64,000 bases of DNA from Kiritimatiellia bacterium (lineage in GTDB: Bacteria; Verrucomicrobiota; Kiritimatiellia; RFP12; UBA1067): the NCBI GenBank assembly GCA_045599105.1, contig JAZRVL010000036.1, forward strand, positions 10,778 to 74,777, written 5' to 3'. The notes beneath the pieces are model-generated. The model saw only the letters and a list, made by a program, of their open reading frames with translations, had not been told where the DNA came from and searched no databases. Positions 7,438 through 17,300 of the stretch are shown here, piece after piece (positions within the stretch are counted from its first letter, which is position 1; each line of letters starts with the position of its first letter). The translations under genes and the position numbers were made by a program.

Positions 7438-8121
7438 TTAGCGAGAAATTAGTTTAAAATGATTGCGTTCTACATCAATAATCTTAGCTTTTTGCAATTT
7501 GGAAATTTCGTTTGAAAGCGCACTTCGATCCACACAAAGAAAGTCGGCCAACGCTTGACGATTGTAAGGCAAATCAAACTCGCACGATTTCATACGCTTC
7601 GCATAGATATTAAGAAGCGTCATCAACCTATCTTTAATTGTTCGCTGAGAAACGATTCTAAGCTTTTGCTTGATTTGAAAAGCCTTTTGGCTCATTACCG
7701 CAAGCAAGTTCTTCAAAAACTGCAAATGAGCAAAGCAAACTTTATGACAAGGACGAGTAATATTTTCGGTATCAAATAAAATTACCGTAGTTTCCCCTAC
7801 CGCATTCATCCCAATTCCCATGGTTTTTACATCTCGAAAAGCATAAGTTGCGCCAAACGAATCATTGGCCAAAACCTTCTCCAAAACGACTCTGCTTCCA
7901 TCGATCCGCTTTCGCGTCAACTGCACCGCTCCCATAACGACAACCCCGATTTTATTGCACGAATCCGTTTCAAATATAAACGCTTCCTTATTGCGCAAAT
8001 GCAATTCTTCGGCGTGCATACACTCGCAAATTCGTTTAAACCCATCTTCGCCCAAGTCCTTTAAGAGTCGGCACGCTTTAGGGTAAATAATTGAGGAGAC
8101 TTTTTTACTTTTCATAGCCAT
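7438..8121 (-). CDS. Crp/Fnr family transcriptional regulator
   Basis: 227 aa. cNMP-binding-like N-terminal domain and C-terminal HTH (RQALADFLCVDRSALSNEISKLQKAKII). Overlaps the pflA stop by 17 nt. Confidence 0.85.
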   Translation of the reverse strand: MAMKSKKVSSIIYPKACRLLKDLGEDGFKRICECMHAEELHLRNKEAFIFETDSCNKIGVVVMGAVQLTRKRIDGSRVVLEKVLANDSFGATYAFRDVKTMGIGMNAVGETTVILFDTENITRPCHKVCFAHLQFLKNLLAVMSQKAFQIKQKLRIVSQRTIKDRLMTLLNIYAKRMKSCEFDLPYNRQALADFLCVDRSALSNEISKLQKAKIIDVERNHFKLISR

Positions 8122-8836
8122 CGACCTTTAATAGCTGTTTGGTGCGAATAATTAGTGCGGGAGTGGGGGGCTTAAATGGTGGTGAAGACATTTTAAGTGC
8201 TTTATATTTCGCATTACCCATTGAATGATACGGCAATACTTCCACTCGCTCTACATTACTCAAACTATCAATAAACTTTCGCATTTGAACTAATTCTTTT
8301 TCATCATCCGTAACATTGGGTACTAACACTCGTCTAATCCAAATTCGTTTTTTGATTTCATCTAAGTACTTGGCAAAATCAAGGATATTTTCATTTCCCG
8401 CGCCTGTAAGCTCACGATGCGCCTTGCTATCCATGTGCTTTATATCAAGTAGCACTATGTCCGTTAGTTCCATTAAACGCTTAAACTGCAAAAACGCCTT
8501 TCCTTCTCGCGTCCAAGGTCCACCTGCAGTATCCAAGCAAGTCGAAACTCCTTTCGCCTTTGTCTTTTCAAACAACTCAATTAGAAACTCCACTTGCAAC
8601 ATCGGCTCACCACCCGAAGCTGTTATTCCGCCATCTTTGCCCCAATATTCCTTGTATCTTAACGCCTTGTTTAGGACCTCTACCGCCTCCATCTCCATGT
8701 TTGCTGGCGAAGCCCAAGTGTCGGGGTTATGACAATATTTGCAACGAAGCGGACATCCCGAAAGAAAGACTACGAACCTTACGCCAGGTCCATCGACCGA
8801 GCCAAAACTTTCAAAGGAATGTATCTTTCCTTTCAA
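8105..8836 (-). CDS. pflA: Pyruvate formate-lyase activating enzyme (radical SAM)
   Basis: IHSFESFGSVDGPGVRFVVFLSGCPLRCKYCHNPDTW (CxxxCxxC). TTG start at 8836 preceded by tandem GGAGGT repeats. Confidence 0.92.
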   Translation of the reverse strand: MKGKIHSFESFGSVDGPGVRFVVFLSGCPLRCKYCHNPDTWASPANMEMEAVEVLNKALRYKEYWGKDGGITASGGEPMLQVEFLIELFEKTKAKGVSTCLDTAGGPWTREGKAFLQFKRLMELTDIVLLDIKHMDSKAHRELTGAGNENILDFAKYLDEIKKRIWIRRVLVPNVTDDEKELVQMRKFIDSLSNVERVEVLPYHSMGNAKYKALKMSSPPFKPPTPALIIRTKQLLKVDGYEK

Positions 8837-8873
8837 CCTCCGACCTCCACCTCAACCTCCACCTACACCCTCC
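8837..8873 (-). repeat. Tandem GAGGTN hexamer tract (Shine-Dalgarno-like) between pflB and pflA
   Basis: Minus strand reads GGAGGGTGTAGGTGGAGGTTGAGGTGGAGGTCGGAGG directly followed by the TTG start of pflA. It also covers the last codons and stop of pflB. Confidence 0.8.
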
Positions 8874-11100
8874 TATGACAAGTACGGCTAATTACATCGA
8901 GCTGCTGTTCTTTAGTTAGATCAATAAACTTTACCGCATACCCCGATACGCGAATTGTAAAGTTTGCATATTCTTGTCTTTCGGGGTGCTCCATGATGTC
9001 AATTAGTTTCTCCCTCTCAAAGACATTAACATTGAGATGATGCGCACCTTTTTCAAAGTACCCATCCAAGATCGAGACCAAGTTTCTAGTGCGCTCTTCT
9101 CCATTGTGACCCAATGCGTCGGGATGGATCGTCTGAGTATTCGATATCCCGTCAAGTGCGTACTCGTACGGCAACTTGGCGACCGAGTTAAGCGACGCTA
9201 AAAGCCCCGACTTCTCCGCCCCATAGCACGGATTCGCGCCTGGAGAAAGCGGCTTTCCGGCTGGACGTCCATCGGGCATCGCACCTGTGGCCTTGCCGTA
9301 GACAACGTTCGAGGTAATGGTGAGAATCGAAGTCGTGGGCTCAGCATTGCGGTAGATGTGGTGGCCCTTGATCTTGGCCAAGAACTCGGTTAAGAGCCAC
9401 TCTGCGATCTCGTCGGCACGATCGTCGTCGTTGCCATAACGCGGGAAGTCGCCCTCCACTTTGTAATCAATCGCCACCCCATCCTCATCGCGAATCACGT
9501 GCACCTTGGCGTATTTAATTGCCGAAAGCGAATCCACTGCGTGCGAGAATCCTGCAATTCCCGTTGCGAAAGTACGCCTTACATCCGTATCAATGAGCGC
9601 CATCTCCGCCGCCTCGTAGTAGTACTTGTCGTGCATATAATGGATGAGGTTGAGGATATGGACGTAGAGACCAGCGAGCCAGTTCATCATCGTATCAAAG
9701 CGGTGCATGACCTCGTCAAAGTCGAGAACGTCAGAGGTAATGCGCGGATATTCGGGCCCAACTTGCGCCTTGGTCTTTTCGTCAACTCCGCCATTAATTG
9801 CATACAAAAGACACTTCGCTAAATTCGCTCGTGCCCCAAAAAATTGCATTTCCTTGCCGACTTGAGTCGCAGAAACGCAGCAACAAATCGCATAATCATC
9901 GCCCCAAATTCGATTCATCACACAATCGTTTTCATATTGAATGGAGCTCGTATCAATACTTACTTTAGCTGCATAATCCTTAAATGGTTTCGGCAAGCGC
10001 TTATCGTAAAGAACTGTGATGTTTGGCTCGGGTGAAGGCCCCATGGTCTCTAACGTATGGAGAATACGATAATCTGTCTTGGTCACCATCGTTCGTCCGT
10101 CACTACCCACGCCTGCAATTGACAAAGTCGCCCACACCGGATCACCCGAAAAGAGCTCGTTGTAGCTCGGTATACGCGCAAACTTGACCATCCTTAGCTT
10201 CATAACCAAGTGATCAATTAGCTCTTGCGATTCCTTTTCCGTCAGCTTTCCATTTGCCAAATCACGTTCAATATAAATATCAAGGAATGTCGAAATTCGT
10301 CCAATCGACATTGCCGCCCCGTTCTGCGTTTTGATAGCCGCCAAATATCCAAAGTAAAGCCACTGTATAGCTTCCTTTGCATTCACCGCTGGACGCGAAA
10401 TGTCAAACCCATAACTTGCCGCCATCACTTTCATCGCTTCCAATGCCCGAATTTGCTCAGCAACTTCTTCGCGCAAGCGAATCACATCCTCGGGCATCGA
10501 TCCCATCCCGCAATGCAAAAAGTCCGACTGCTTGACCTTAATTAACCAATCAACGCCATAAAGCGCAATTCGCCGATAGTCCCCCACAATTCGTCCACGG
10601 CCATACGTATCAGGAAGCCCAGTAATAATCTTATTCTTGCGAGCAATACGCATTTCTGGAGTATAAGTATCGTAAACGCCCTGATTGTGCGTCTTGTGGT
10701 AACGAGTAAAAATCTCCATCAGCCGCTCACTGGGCTTGTACCCATACGTGGTGCAACTTTCTACCGCCATCTTAATCCCACCATACGGCATGAATGCGCG
10801 CTTAAGTGGCTTGTCAGTTTGAAGACCAACGATCGTCTCCAAATCCTTATCCAAATATCCTGGATCGTGCGAAGTAATTGACGAAACAATATCCGTATCC
10901 ATATCCAGTACTCCGCCCTTGGCGCGCTCTTCCTTTTGCAGCACTTGCAATTTCGCCCAAAGCTTGTTGGTGCTATCCGCTGCCTCAGCAAGAAATGACG
11001 CATCACCCTCGTATGGATGATAATTTAGCCGAATGAACTCAAAGACATTGATGTCTTTTTCCCAACGGCCACCTACAAAACCTTCCCACTCTTTTCTCAT
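8863..11100 (-). CDS. pflB: Formate C-acetyltransferase (pyruvate formate-lyase)
   Basis: 745 aa. Glycyl-radical motif [11 protein letters not shown] near the C-terminus and an active-site CC (AICCCVS). Confidence 0.95.
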   Translation of the reverse strand: MRKEWEGFVGGRWEKDINVFEFIRLNYHPYEGDASFLAEAADSTNKLWAKLQVLQKEERAKGGVLDMDTDIVSSITSHDPGYLDKDLETIVGLQTDKPLKRAFMPYGGIKMAVESCTTYGYKPSERLMEIFTRYHKTHNQGVYDTYTPEMRIARKNKIITGLPDTYGRGRIVGDYRRIALYGVDWLIKVKQSDFLHCGMGSMPEDVIRLREEVAEQIRALEAMKVMAASYGFDISRPAVNAKEAIQWLYFGYLAAIKTQNGAAMSIGRISTFLDIYIERDLANGKLTEKESQELIDHLVMKLRMVKFARIPSYNELFSGDPVWATLSIAGVGSDGRTMVTKTDYRILHTLETMGPSPEPNITVLYDKRLPKPFKDYAAKVSIDTSSIQYENDCVMNRIWGDDYAICCCVSATQVGKEMQFFGARANLAKCLLYAINGGVDEKTKAQVGPEYPRITSDVLDFDEVMHRFDTMMNWLAGLYVHILNLIHYMHDKYYYEAAEMALIDTDVRRTFATGIAGFSHAVDSLSAIKYAKVHVIRDEDGVAIDYKVEGDFPRYGNDDDRADEIAEWLLTEFLAKIKGHHIYRNAEPTTSILTITSNVVYGKATGAMPDGRPAGKPLSPGANPCYGAEKSGLLASLNSVAKLPYEYALDGISNTQTIHPDALGHNGEERTRNLVSILDGYFEKGAHHLNVNVFEREKLIDIMEHPERQEYANFTIRVSGYAVKFIDLTKEQQLDVISRTCHRRV

Positions 11101-11129
11101 ATTATGTCTTTCGCTTATTTATTGGATAT

Positions 11130-11152
11130 ATTGTGGTATATTATACCACAAT
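11130..11152. promoter_or_regulatory. Perfect 23-bp palindrome ATTGTGGTATA-T-TATACCACAAT overlapping an extended -10 of pflB
   Basis: 11-bp arms with one central base. The minus strand reads TGGTATAAT (hexamer = complement of 11140-11145). It lies 30-52 nt upstream of the pflB ATG (11100). Confidence 0.6.
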
Positions 11153-11155
11153 ATA

Positions 11156-12301
11156 CTACCGATTGTATAGCCACAATTCTAAGTGTCGCAAATCGTAAGC
11201 GGAAGCATTCATAGTTGGGGTAGCTGAAGTATTAGTATAATCTCGAGAATATTTATCATTTCCGAGATAATGTTGCTCAAAATTGCCAATTCCAATCTCG
11301 TTTACCCCATCTAATAAGAAGCGATTAAAAGCAAAAAGAAGATCATTTCCATTCCAAACTTGGAACTTCCCATACCCATCCGTATCATCAAACTTTAATG
11401 TGCACTTTGACATATCGCACCAAACTGTGCATAGCTCGTCAGTCTCTTTGCGCTTAAGTTCCAGATAGTACGCGACTTTCGCGCTTGGCTTCACTTTGGG
11501 AAGTTCAAGTCCAATTCCACTTTCAGGAAGCTCAATTTCCGCAACCTTGCGAAAACCCTTTAGCGCTGCTTTGTCGACATTGTTAATCGCACCTCGTTTA
11601 GTCGGCAACTTTACCTTTACTCTAAGGGGTGACGTTTTAAGCGCTTTTAAGACAACCTCTTTAAGCACCTCCGACGTATGATCGTGACCTTGCCAATTAG
11701 GATGTAATGCATCAAGATAATCTCCGTTTTCACGCTTGACTACAGGATTTAAATCAGCAAGAAACACTTGATTTGCGGGAAACTCGCCTTGCCTTGCAAC
11801 CGCCTTTTTAATTAACTCGTTATATTGATTTACCACCTCGCTTTTGCCTGGCATATCAAGGATTGTACATGCAATAATCTTCGCATTGGGCCTCGCTTCT
11901 ACTAATTGATGCATCAACTGTAGCCACGCCTTAAATGTGGTCTTGGCGTCTGTGCCGCGCAAGATATCATTTGTTCCCAGCTTAAAGATAATGATATTAG
12001 GGTGCCCTGCTTGATAAATAAGTGGCGTCAAGGAGTCAAGATACCCCGCTCGCCCTGCACCAGAAATTGCTCGCTCTCCCGAAATACCCGTATGTGCCCA
12101 CCAGCGTTTAGGAATCTCACTTCCCTTGCCATCTACATTCTTAAGAGTTCGAAAACCTACCGTCTCAACCTTATAGCCCAATGCTTCCAATTTCTGACAA
12201 AGCGGAATGCGATAGTTGGCTTTATTATTGCTACCTTCAGTAATCGAGTCACCAAGTGGCCAAAGTTTAATTACCGCTGCAAGTAAAATTATACTTAGCA
12301 T
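11156..12301 (-). CDS. SGNH/GDSL-family hydrolase with C-terminal domain of unknown function
   Basis: LWPLGDSITEG (block I Ser), GTNDI, and DALHPNWQGH (block V D-x-x-H). The C-terminal ~150 aa are unassigned. Confidence 0.75.
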   Translation of the reverse strand: MLSIILLAAVIKLWPLGDSITEGSNNKANYRIPLCQKLEALGYKVETVGFRTLKNVDGKGSEIPKRWWAHTGISGERAISGAGRAGYLDSLTPLIYQAGHPNIIIFKLGTNDILRGTDAKTTFKAWLQLMHQLVEARPNAKIIACTILDMPGKSEVVNQYNELIKKAVARQGEFPANQVFLADLNPVVKRENGDYLDALHPNWQGHDHTSEVLKEVVLKALKTSPLRVKVKLPTKRGAINNVDKAALKGFRKVAEIELPESGIGLELPKVKPSAKVAYYLELKRKETDELCTVWCDMSKCTLKFDDTDGYGKFQVWNGNDLLFAFNRFLLDGVNEIGIGNFEQHYLGNDKYSRDYTNTSATPTMNASAYDLRHLELWLYNR

Positions 12302-12922
12302 TTAGATAAACCCCGCTGCCGCAAGCTTCTCTTCAGTAAGTCCACTCGCTTGACGTTTTATGTATTTGCCAATAATATCACTTTCAAGATTTACCTTGTC
12401 ACCAAGCTTTTTTAGCCCAAGTGTCGTATCTTTTAGTGTCGTTGGGATTAAATCAACGGTGAAATGATCCTCACCCAATCCCGTAATTGTGAGTGACACC
12501 CCGTCAATCGCAATCGATCCTTTAATTACCAACTCCGCTGCGAGCACTCTTCCCGATTGCACCTTAAGCTGAAAGTCTCTTCCTTTGGGCGTTTTGGCGA
12601 CAATCTCACCAACCGTATCCACATGTCCTTGCACCAAATGACCGCCCAACGGCTCGCCCGCACAAAGCGCCCTTTCAAGATTGACCTTGGCGCCAGGGAT
12701 CATTGATTTAAAGGTGGTTCGATTTTCAGTCTCGCTTAAAACATCCGCCGTGAAGCGCGTCTCATTAAACTTTGCGACTGTAAGACAAACCCCATTTACC
12801 GCAATTGACTCGCCATTTTCAAGTGGCTTTGGCCATGGCGCAAACTCAACTTCAATAGTCAGTCCTTGCCCGCGCGAAACGCGCTTAATCGTGCCAATTT
12901 GCTGAACAATACCAGTAAACAT
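12302..12922 (-). CDS. ribE: Riboflavin synthase alpha chain
   Basis: MFTGIVQQIGTI start and duplicated lumazine-binding halves (NGVCLTV / DGVSLTI). Confidence 0.93.
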   Translation of the reverse strand: MFTGIVQQIGTIKRVSRGQGLTIEVEFAPWPKPLENGESIAVNGVCLTVAKFNETRFTADVLSETENRTTFKSMIPGAKVNLERALCAGEPLGGHLVQGHVDTVGEIVAKTPKGRDFQLKVQSGRVLAAELVIKGSIAIDGVSLTITGLGEDHFTVDLIPTTLKDTTLGLKKLGDKVNLESDIIGKYIKRQASGLTEEKLAAAGFI

Positions 12923-13866
12923 TAGCTCTCCACCTTAAAGATAACATCCTCGCCCTTAAAGTTAATCGCTTCACTTAGCGGTCTATTTCCTATCACTTTA
13001 GGTGCCATAACTTGAATCCACTCATCAACCAATCCTGCCTCCGCAAGTGAAAGAGCTAACTTAAGTCCACCCTCACAAAGTACATGCATCACTCCACGCT
13101 TAGCGAGATCTTTAAGCGCTACTTTAACGCTCGAATAAACCAAAGTAAGATTTTTCCCATCCGTAAACACTTGTGCCGCCTTAGGCAACTTACCCGAACG
13201 CGAAATAATTACCCTAATCAAATCGTCATTTCGCTTACCATGCGAAAGTAGCGAAGGATTGTCCTTGCGTAGCGTCTCTGCACCAACCATTATTGCATCA
13301 ACCTTCTCGCGCAAACTTCCCGTTAACTTACGAGACGCTTTAGAGCTAATCCACTTTGCGTTTCCTTTTGTGTCTGCAATTTTCCCATCCAAGGTCATAG
13401 CCAGCTTAACTGTCACCCAAGGAAGTCCCGTCTTAAGATGCTTACTAAATGGCGCAATTAATGCTTTAGCTTCCGCTATCTCCACCAGCTTAGCCTCAAT
13501 CCCTGATTTTGCAAGCACATCCTTAGCTTTTCCGCCATTTTTCGGATTAGGGTCACGTGCCGCATAAATTACCCGCTTAATGCCCGAACGTTTTATCGCA
13601 TCCGTACACGCTCCAACCTTCCCTACCTTCGAACATGGCTCTAATGTCACATAAAGCGTCGCGCCTTTAGTTGACTTGCCTCGCTTCTTCGCATCTAAAA
13701 TTGCCGCGACTTCCGCATGATTAAGTCCACACCTTTTATGATACCCCTCGCCAACGACCTTGCCTTTTTGCACTATCACTGCACCAACCGGAGGATTAGG
13801 CCGCGTATGACCCAGTCCCCGTTTGGCGAGGGTTAATGCGCGATAAAGATATTTAAGCTCGCTCAC
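12922..13866 (-). CDS. ribD: Bifunctional diaminohydroxyphosphoribosylaminopyrimidine deaminase / 5-amino-6-(5-phosphoribosylamino)uracil reductase
   Basis: HAEVAAI...TLEPCSKVGKVGAC deaminase zinc motif plus a C-terminal reductase domain. Confidence 0.9.
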   Translation of the reverse strand: MSELKYLYRALTLAKRGLGHTRPNPPVGAVIVQKGKVVGEGYHKRCGLNHAEVAAILDAKKRGKSTKGATLYVTLEPCSKVGKVGACTDAIKRSGIKRVIYAARDPNPKNGGKAKDVLAKSGIEAKLVEIAEAKALIAPFSKHLKTGLPWVTVKLAMTLDGKIADTKGNAKWISSKASRKLTGSLREKVDAIMVGAETLRKDNPSLLSHGKRNDDLIRVIISRSGKLPKAAQVFTDGKNLTLVYSSVKVALKDLAKRGVMHVLCEGGLKLALSLAEAGLVDEWIQVMAPKVIGNRPLSEAINFKGEDVIFKVES

Positions 13867-14309
13867 TTTGCTTTTGCGTAGCGATCCAAAATCCCATTAA
13901 TCAAAGTGCGCGACTTAGGCGAAGAAAACCAATTCGCTAAATCAATTGCCTCATTGATAACCACCGCTTTCGGAATATCGGTAGACTTTATCTCCCAAAT
14001 TCCCATACGCAAAACTGCACGTTCAACCGTACCTAAACGATCAAGTGTCCATTCTTCGCTTAAAAGCTCAGCGATTGATTTATCAATGGTCTCAAGATTC
14101 TCGATAACTCCCTTTACGCGCTCCTCAGCAAATACTTTAAGCTTACCACGTGCACGCTCACCACCAGTACCCCCATCTTCATTCTCCAATGTCGTCATCT
14201 GATCCCAATAATTTTCAACAAATGCATTAACATCTTCTGGCGGGTTCAAGTCCGCTGCCGTTAACATCTGAATCGCCCACTCACGGGCCTGTCTACGAGT
14301 TGTTGTCAT
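13863..14309 (-). CDS. nusB: Transcription antitermination factor NusB
   Basis: RRQAREWAIQMLT aligns with NusB N-termini, so ATG 14309 is preferred over the track start 14342. TGATATAAT lies 13 nt upstream. Confidence 0.85.
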   Translation of the reverse strand: MTTTRRQAREWAIQMLTAADLNPPEDVNAFVENYWDQMTTLENEDGGTGGERARGKLKVFAEERVKGVIENLETIDKSIAELLSEEWTLDRLGTVERAVLRMGIWEIKSTDIPKAVVINEAIDLANWFSSPKSRTLINGILDRYAKAK

Positions 14310-14331
14310 ATCTTTAAGTATTATTATATCA

Positions 14332-17300
14332 TCATTTACCACCGAGCTTCAACCAAACTCTTAAAAGCTCCGAATCACTCCATGCTTGTGCCGTACAACC
14401 TTTTTGTGCGTGCGGCGCATCGCCATCTGCGTTTTCGCTTACGTGTCCTACCGTGCCAGAGTTAAAATTCTCAACCGCACCTGCCAGTAACGAAAGCGCT
14501 ACCTCCCGCGAACATGATTTGGTTAAATACATTGCCTCCGCATAAAGTGGAAATTGCCACGCCCAAACTGTACCATTGTGATATGCTGGTTTGCGCGAAG
14601 TATCTTCATCACCCGTATATCGTCCCCGATAAAGAGCATTACCAGCTTCAAGCGAACGAATCCCCCCTGGGATTAAAAGCTCTTCTGTCGCTTTTATGAT
14701 TGACTTGTCATTAAGTATCCCAAGTGTAATTAAAAAGAGCTGATTCGGCCTAATCGTCATTTCGGGCTTAGCCAATGAAGCACTTTCTCCTGAAGGCGCA
14801 GCAAGTGTGTCATAGTACCCGTTGCCATCTGGTCGCTTCATTAAACGCATTACCGAGTTAAGCGCCCTTTCGACAAGCTCTTCTCGCTTCAAATAACGCA
14901 ACGCCGAAATCCATAGCGCTTGAATTTCAACTGGATATCCCACGCGTGGCGTACATGCAGGATAATTCGTATCCATCCACGTAAAGTGCGAAGGCGACCA
15001 CACTAGTGCGCTTTCGCTGTCTACCTTAATCCCGTTGGGCGTGCCTTTAAGATAATTATCGACGATTGACTGGCAAGTTGTCTTTAGCGCCTTAAATTCT
15101 GCTTTTGCGAGACTCGGCGCGGCATTCTCCAACTCCTCCACGCAACGAATAAACCAAAGCGGGGCGTCGGTCGTATCACGATTACCCGCGGTTTCGCCAT
15201 AAATAATATTCGGCAAAGTACCTCGCTCTTCAAAAGCGGCAAATGCTTTCAATATCTTTAGCGAATCAGTATAACGTCCAGAAGCAATCATCCCCCGCAT
15301 AAAGATGAAAGTATCTCTTCCCCAATCTAAAAACCATGGATATCCCGCAATTACCGTCTTTAAATTGTCGCGTTTAACAATATAAAGATCAAGCGCCGCA
15401 GTTAATGCCGCTTTAAAGTTTAGCGGCCGCAAATTAAACTCCGATGGCACGAACTTGTCAATTGGCGCATGATCGTAGCTACCCACTATCTCCATGGATT
15501 CGCCAACCGACAAATCGGCACTAATCCATCCTGGCGAGAACAAGTCCCCTGCACCATCTTGTCCACGCTCCGCCTCTTCCGCATGCGGCACATTATACAT
15601 CCATTGTGGCTCGTGATGACAAACACCACCTTGAACATGCAAATTGAATTCTTTATCGTACGGCTTAAAAGTAAACTTCGACTCCGTCGTTTTCACACTC
15701 TTGGCAAAAAGCACATCTATCCCCTGATACGCTTTCGTTGTCGCATGAAAGCTTCGCCACTCAATATCTGGTCTAAACACCAATCGCACCCTATCGCCAA
15801 CGTCGTTCTCACTCGCTTCTTCGCGCACGATTTTTAGTCTAACTGCATTCGTCAAAGGCGCAAATGCTAATGTAAAGACAAATGCTGTTTCCTTGCCCAT
15901 CCCACAAGGCACCGCAAACTGCCACCTTGCCTCACGTCCTGCAGGGTCGGCCACAAACTTCGTGACACATTGCTTGTCAAACTCACGCAAATATCCCTCG
16001 CGCTGTAGCCAGCACCTCGTTCGCGCCCACAAATTTAGTCGATCCGATGGTACGGACGGATTAGGATTAGCCGCCAAAAACGCATCGTATTGCGAGCAAA
16101 TCTCGCCCCATCCAACACGCACCTGACTCGCTGCCCCTGCACCATTGGAAAGAATCGTCCGATACTCGGGATGACGACGCACTTCTTCTCCGGTCATCGT
16201 GAGCTTTGCCTTGGCAAGTCGCGGACGTGGAGTAATTAAAAATTTGCTCCGAACTCGCATTGCCTTGCCTGGCGCATAAACTGCCATTTCAAGATATAGC
16301 TCACGACACTTCGAGCCATCGCCCTTATAATGTGGTGTGTCAAAATGGGCAAAATGGCCTTTGGACGTGCGAACTCGAATCGTTCTCCCAGTTGCCGGAT
16401 CTACCAACCTCATCCGAAAATGATGAGGCGCCGAGATTTCCACCATCTGTCCTTCTGGGACTGCAAACACTCGATTAATGTCTCTTGGATATGACCAATG
16501 ACAAAGTGCATTAACTTCACAATCGACTTTGTTTGCTTCCCCAAATGGCATCGTCTCGCAAAGCGAAACACATCTCACCTCACCTGGCGCTAAGCGCACT
16601 TTTTCCAATAGCTCTAACTTACCGCCATTTAGTAAATCATATACCTCGCCTATTGGAAATTTCGTCAAATCCCACGCTATAGTCGTATCCTTACCACAAT
16701 CAAGGTTAGCCAAAACCAAAGTAGCGTCTTTTCCGCCCTGATTACGTACAACTGCCAGCGTATTGCCATCTCCTTGAGTTATCACCTCAAGCTTACTCGC
16801 GCCCGCAAATGCTGTGTGCCCATCCAATATTCGATTGAGATGCGCAATAAGCTCTAACATATTATTTTGCGCCCCCCAACTTAAGTCATTCTTTCCATGA
16901 ACATCTATCTTTTCTCGCGCATACCACTCAACACCATTAGCAATTCCCCACGCACCTTGCCACGAAAGTAATGCCGCAAGCTGAACCCTCAATCGCGCAT
17001 AAACTTCTCCTCCTTTTGCCAAGCGGTCGTTATCATGCGTTTCAGCAAAGTGTACGAGCGTCCCATAACGCTCACTTCGCTTTATCGCACCTGGCAAATA
17101 CCATTCAAAGCCTCCACGATCATACGTCTGAAACACTTCCGAATACGCCCAATCAAGATTCGCCTGCGCAAGCAAATTATCGGTAAGTTTGATATCGCCC
17201 CCCAAACCCTCAAGCATAAAGACTGTATCCGGATATTCTTCGCGAACTTTGGCGACAATATACTCCCAAGTCTTAAATGGAATCATATACCCTGCATCAC

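Noticed and set aside
8837-8873. Hexamer tracts as a possible CRISPR or minisatellite array
   Set aside because: The units are 6-7 nt and degenerate, with no spacers and no repeat of CRISPR length. No cas genes are in the window.
12922-14342. FMN riboswitch upstream of ribD
   Set aside because: ribD overlaps the nusB stop, and nusB follows the upstream gene within about 20 nt. There is no leader in which an RFN element could sit.
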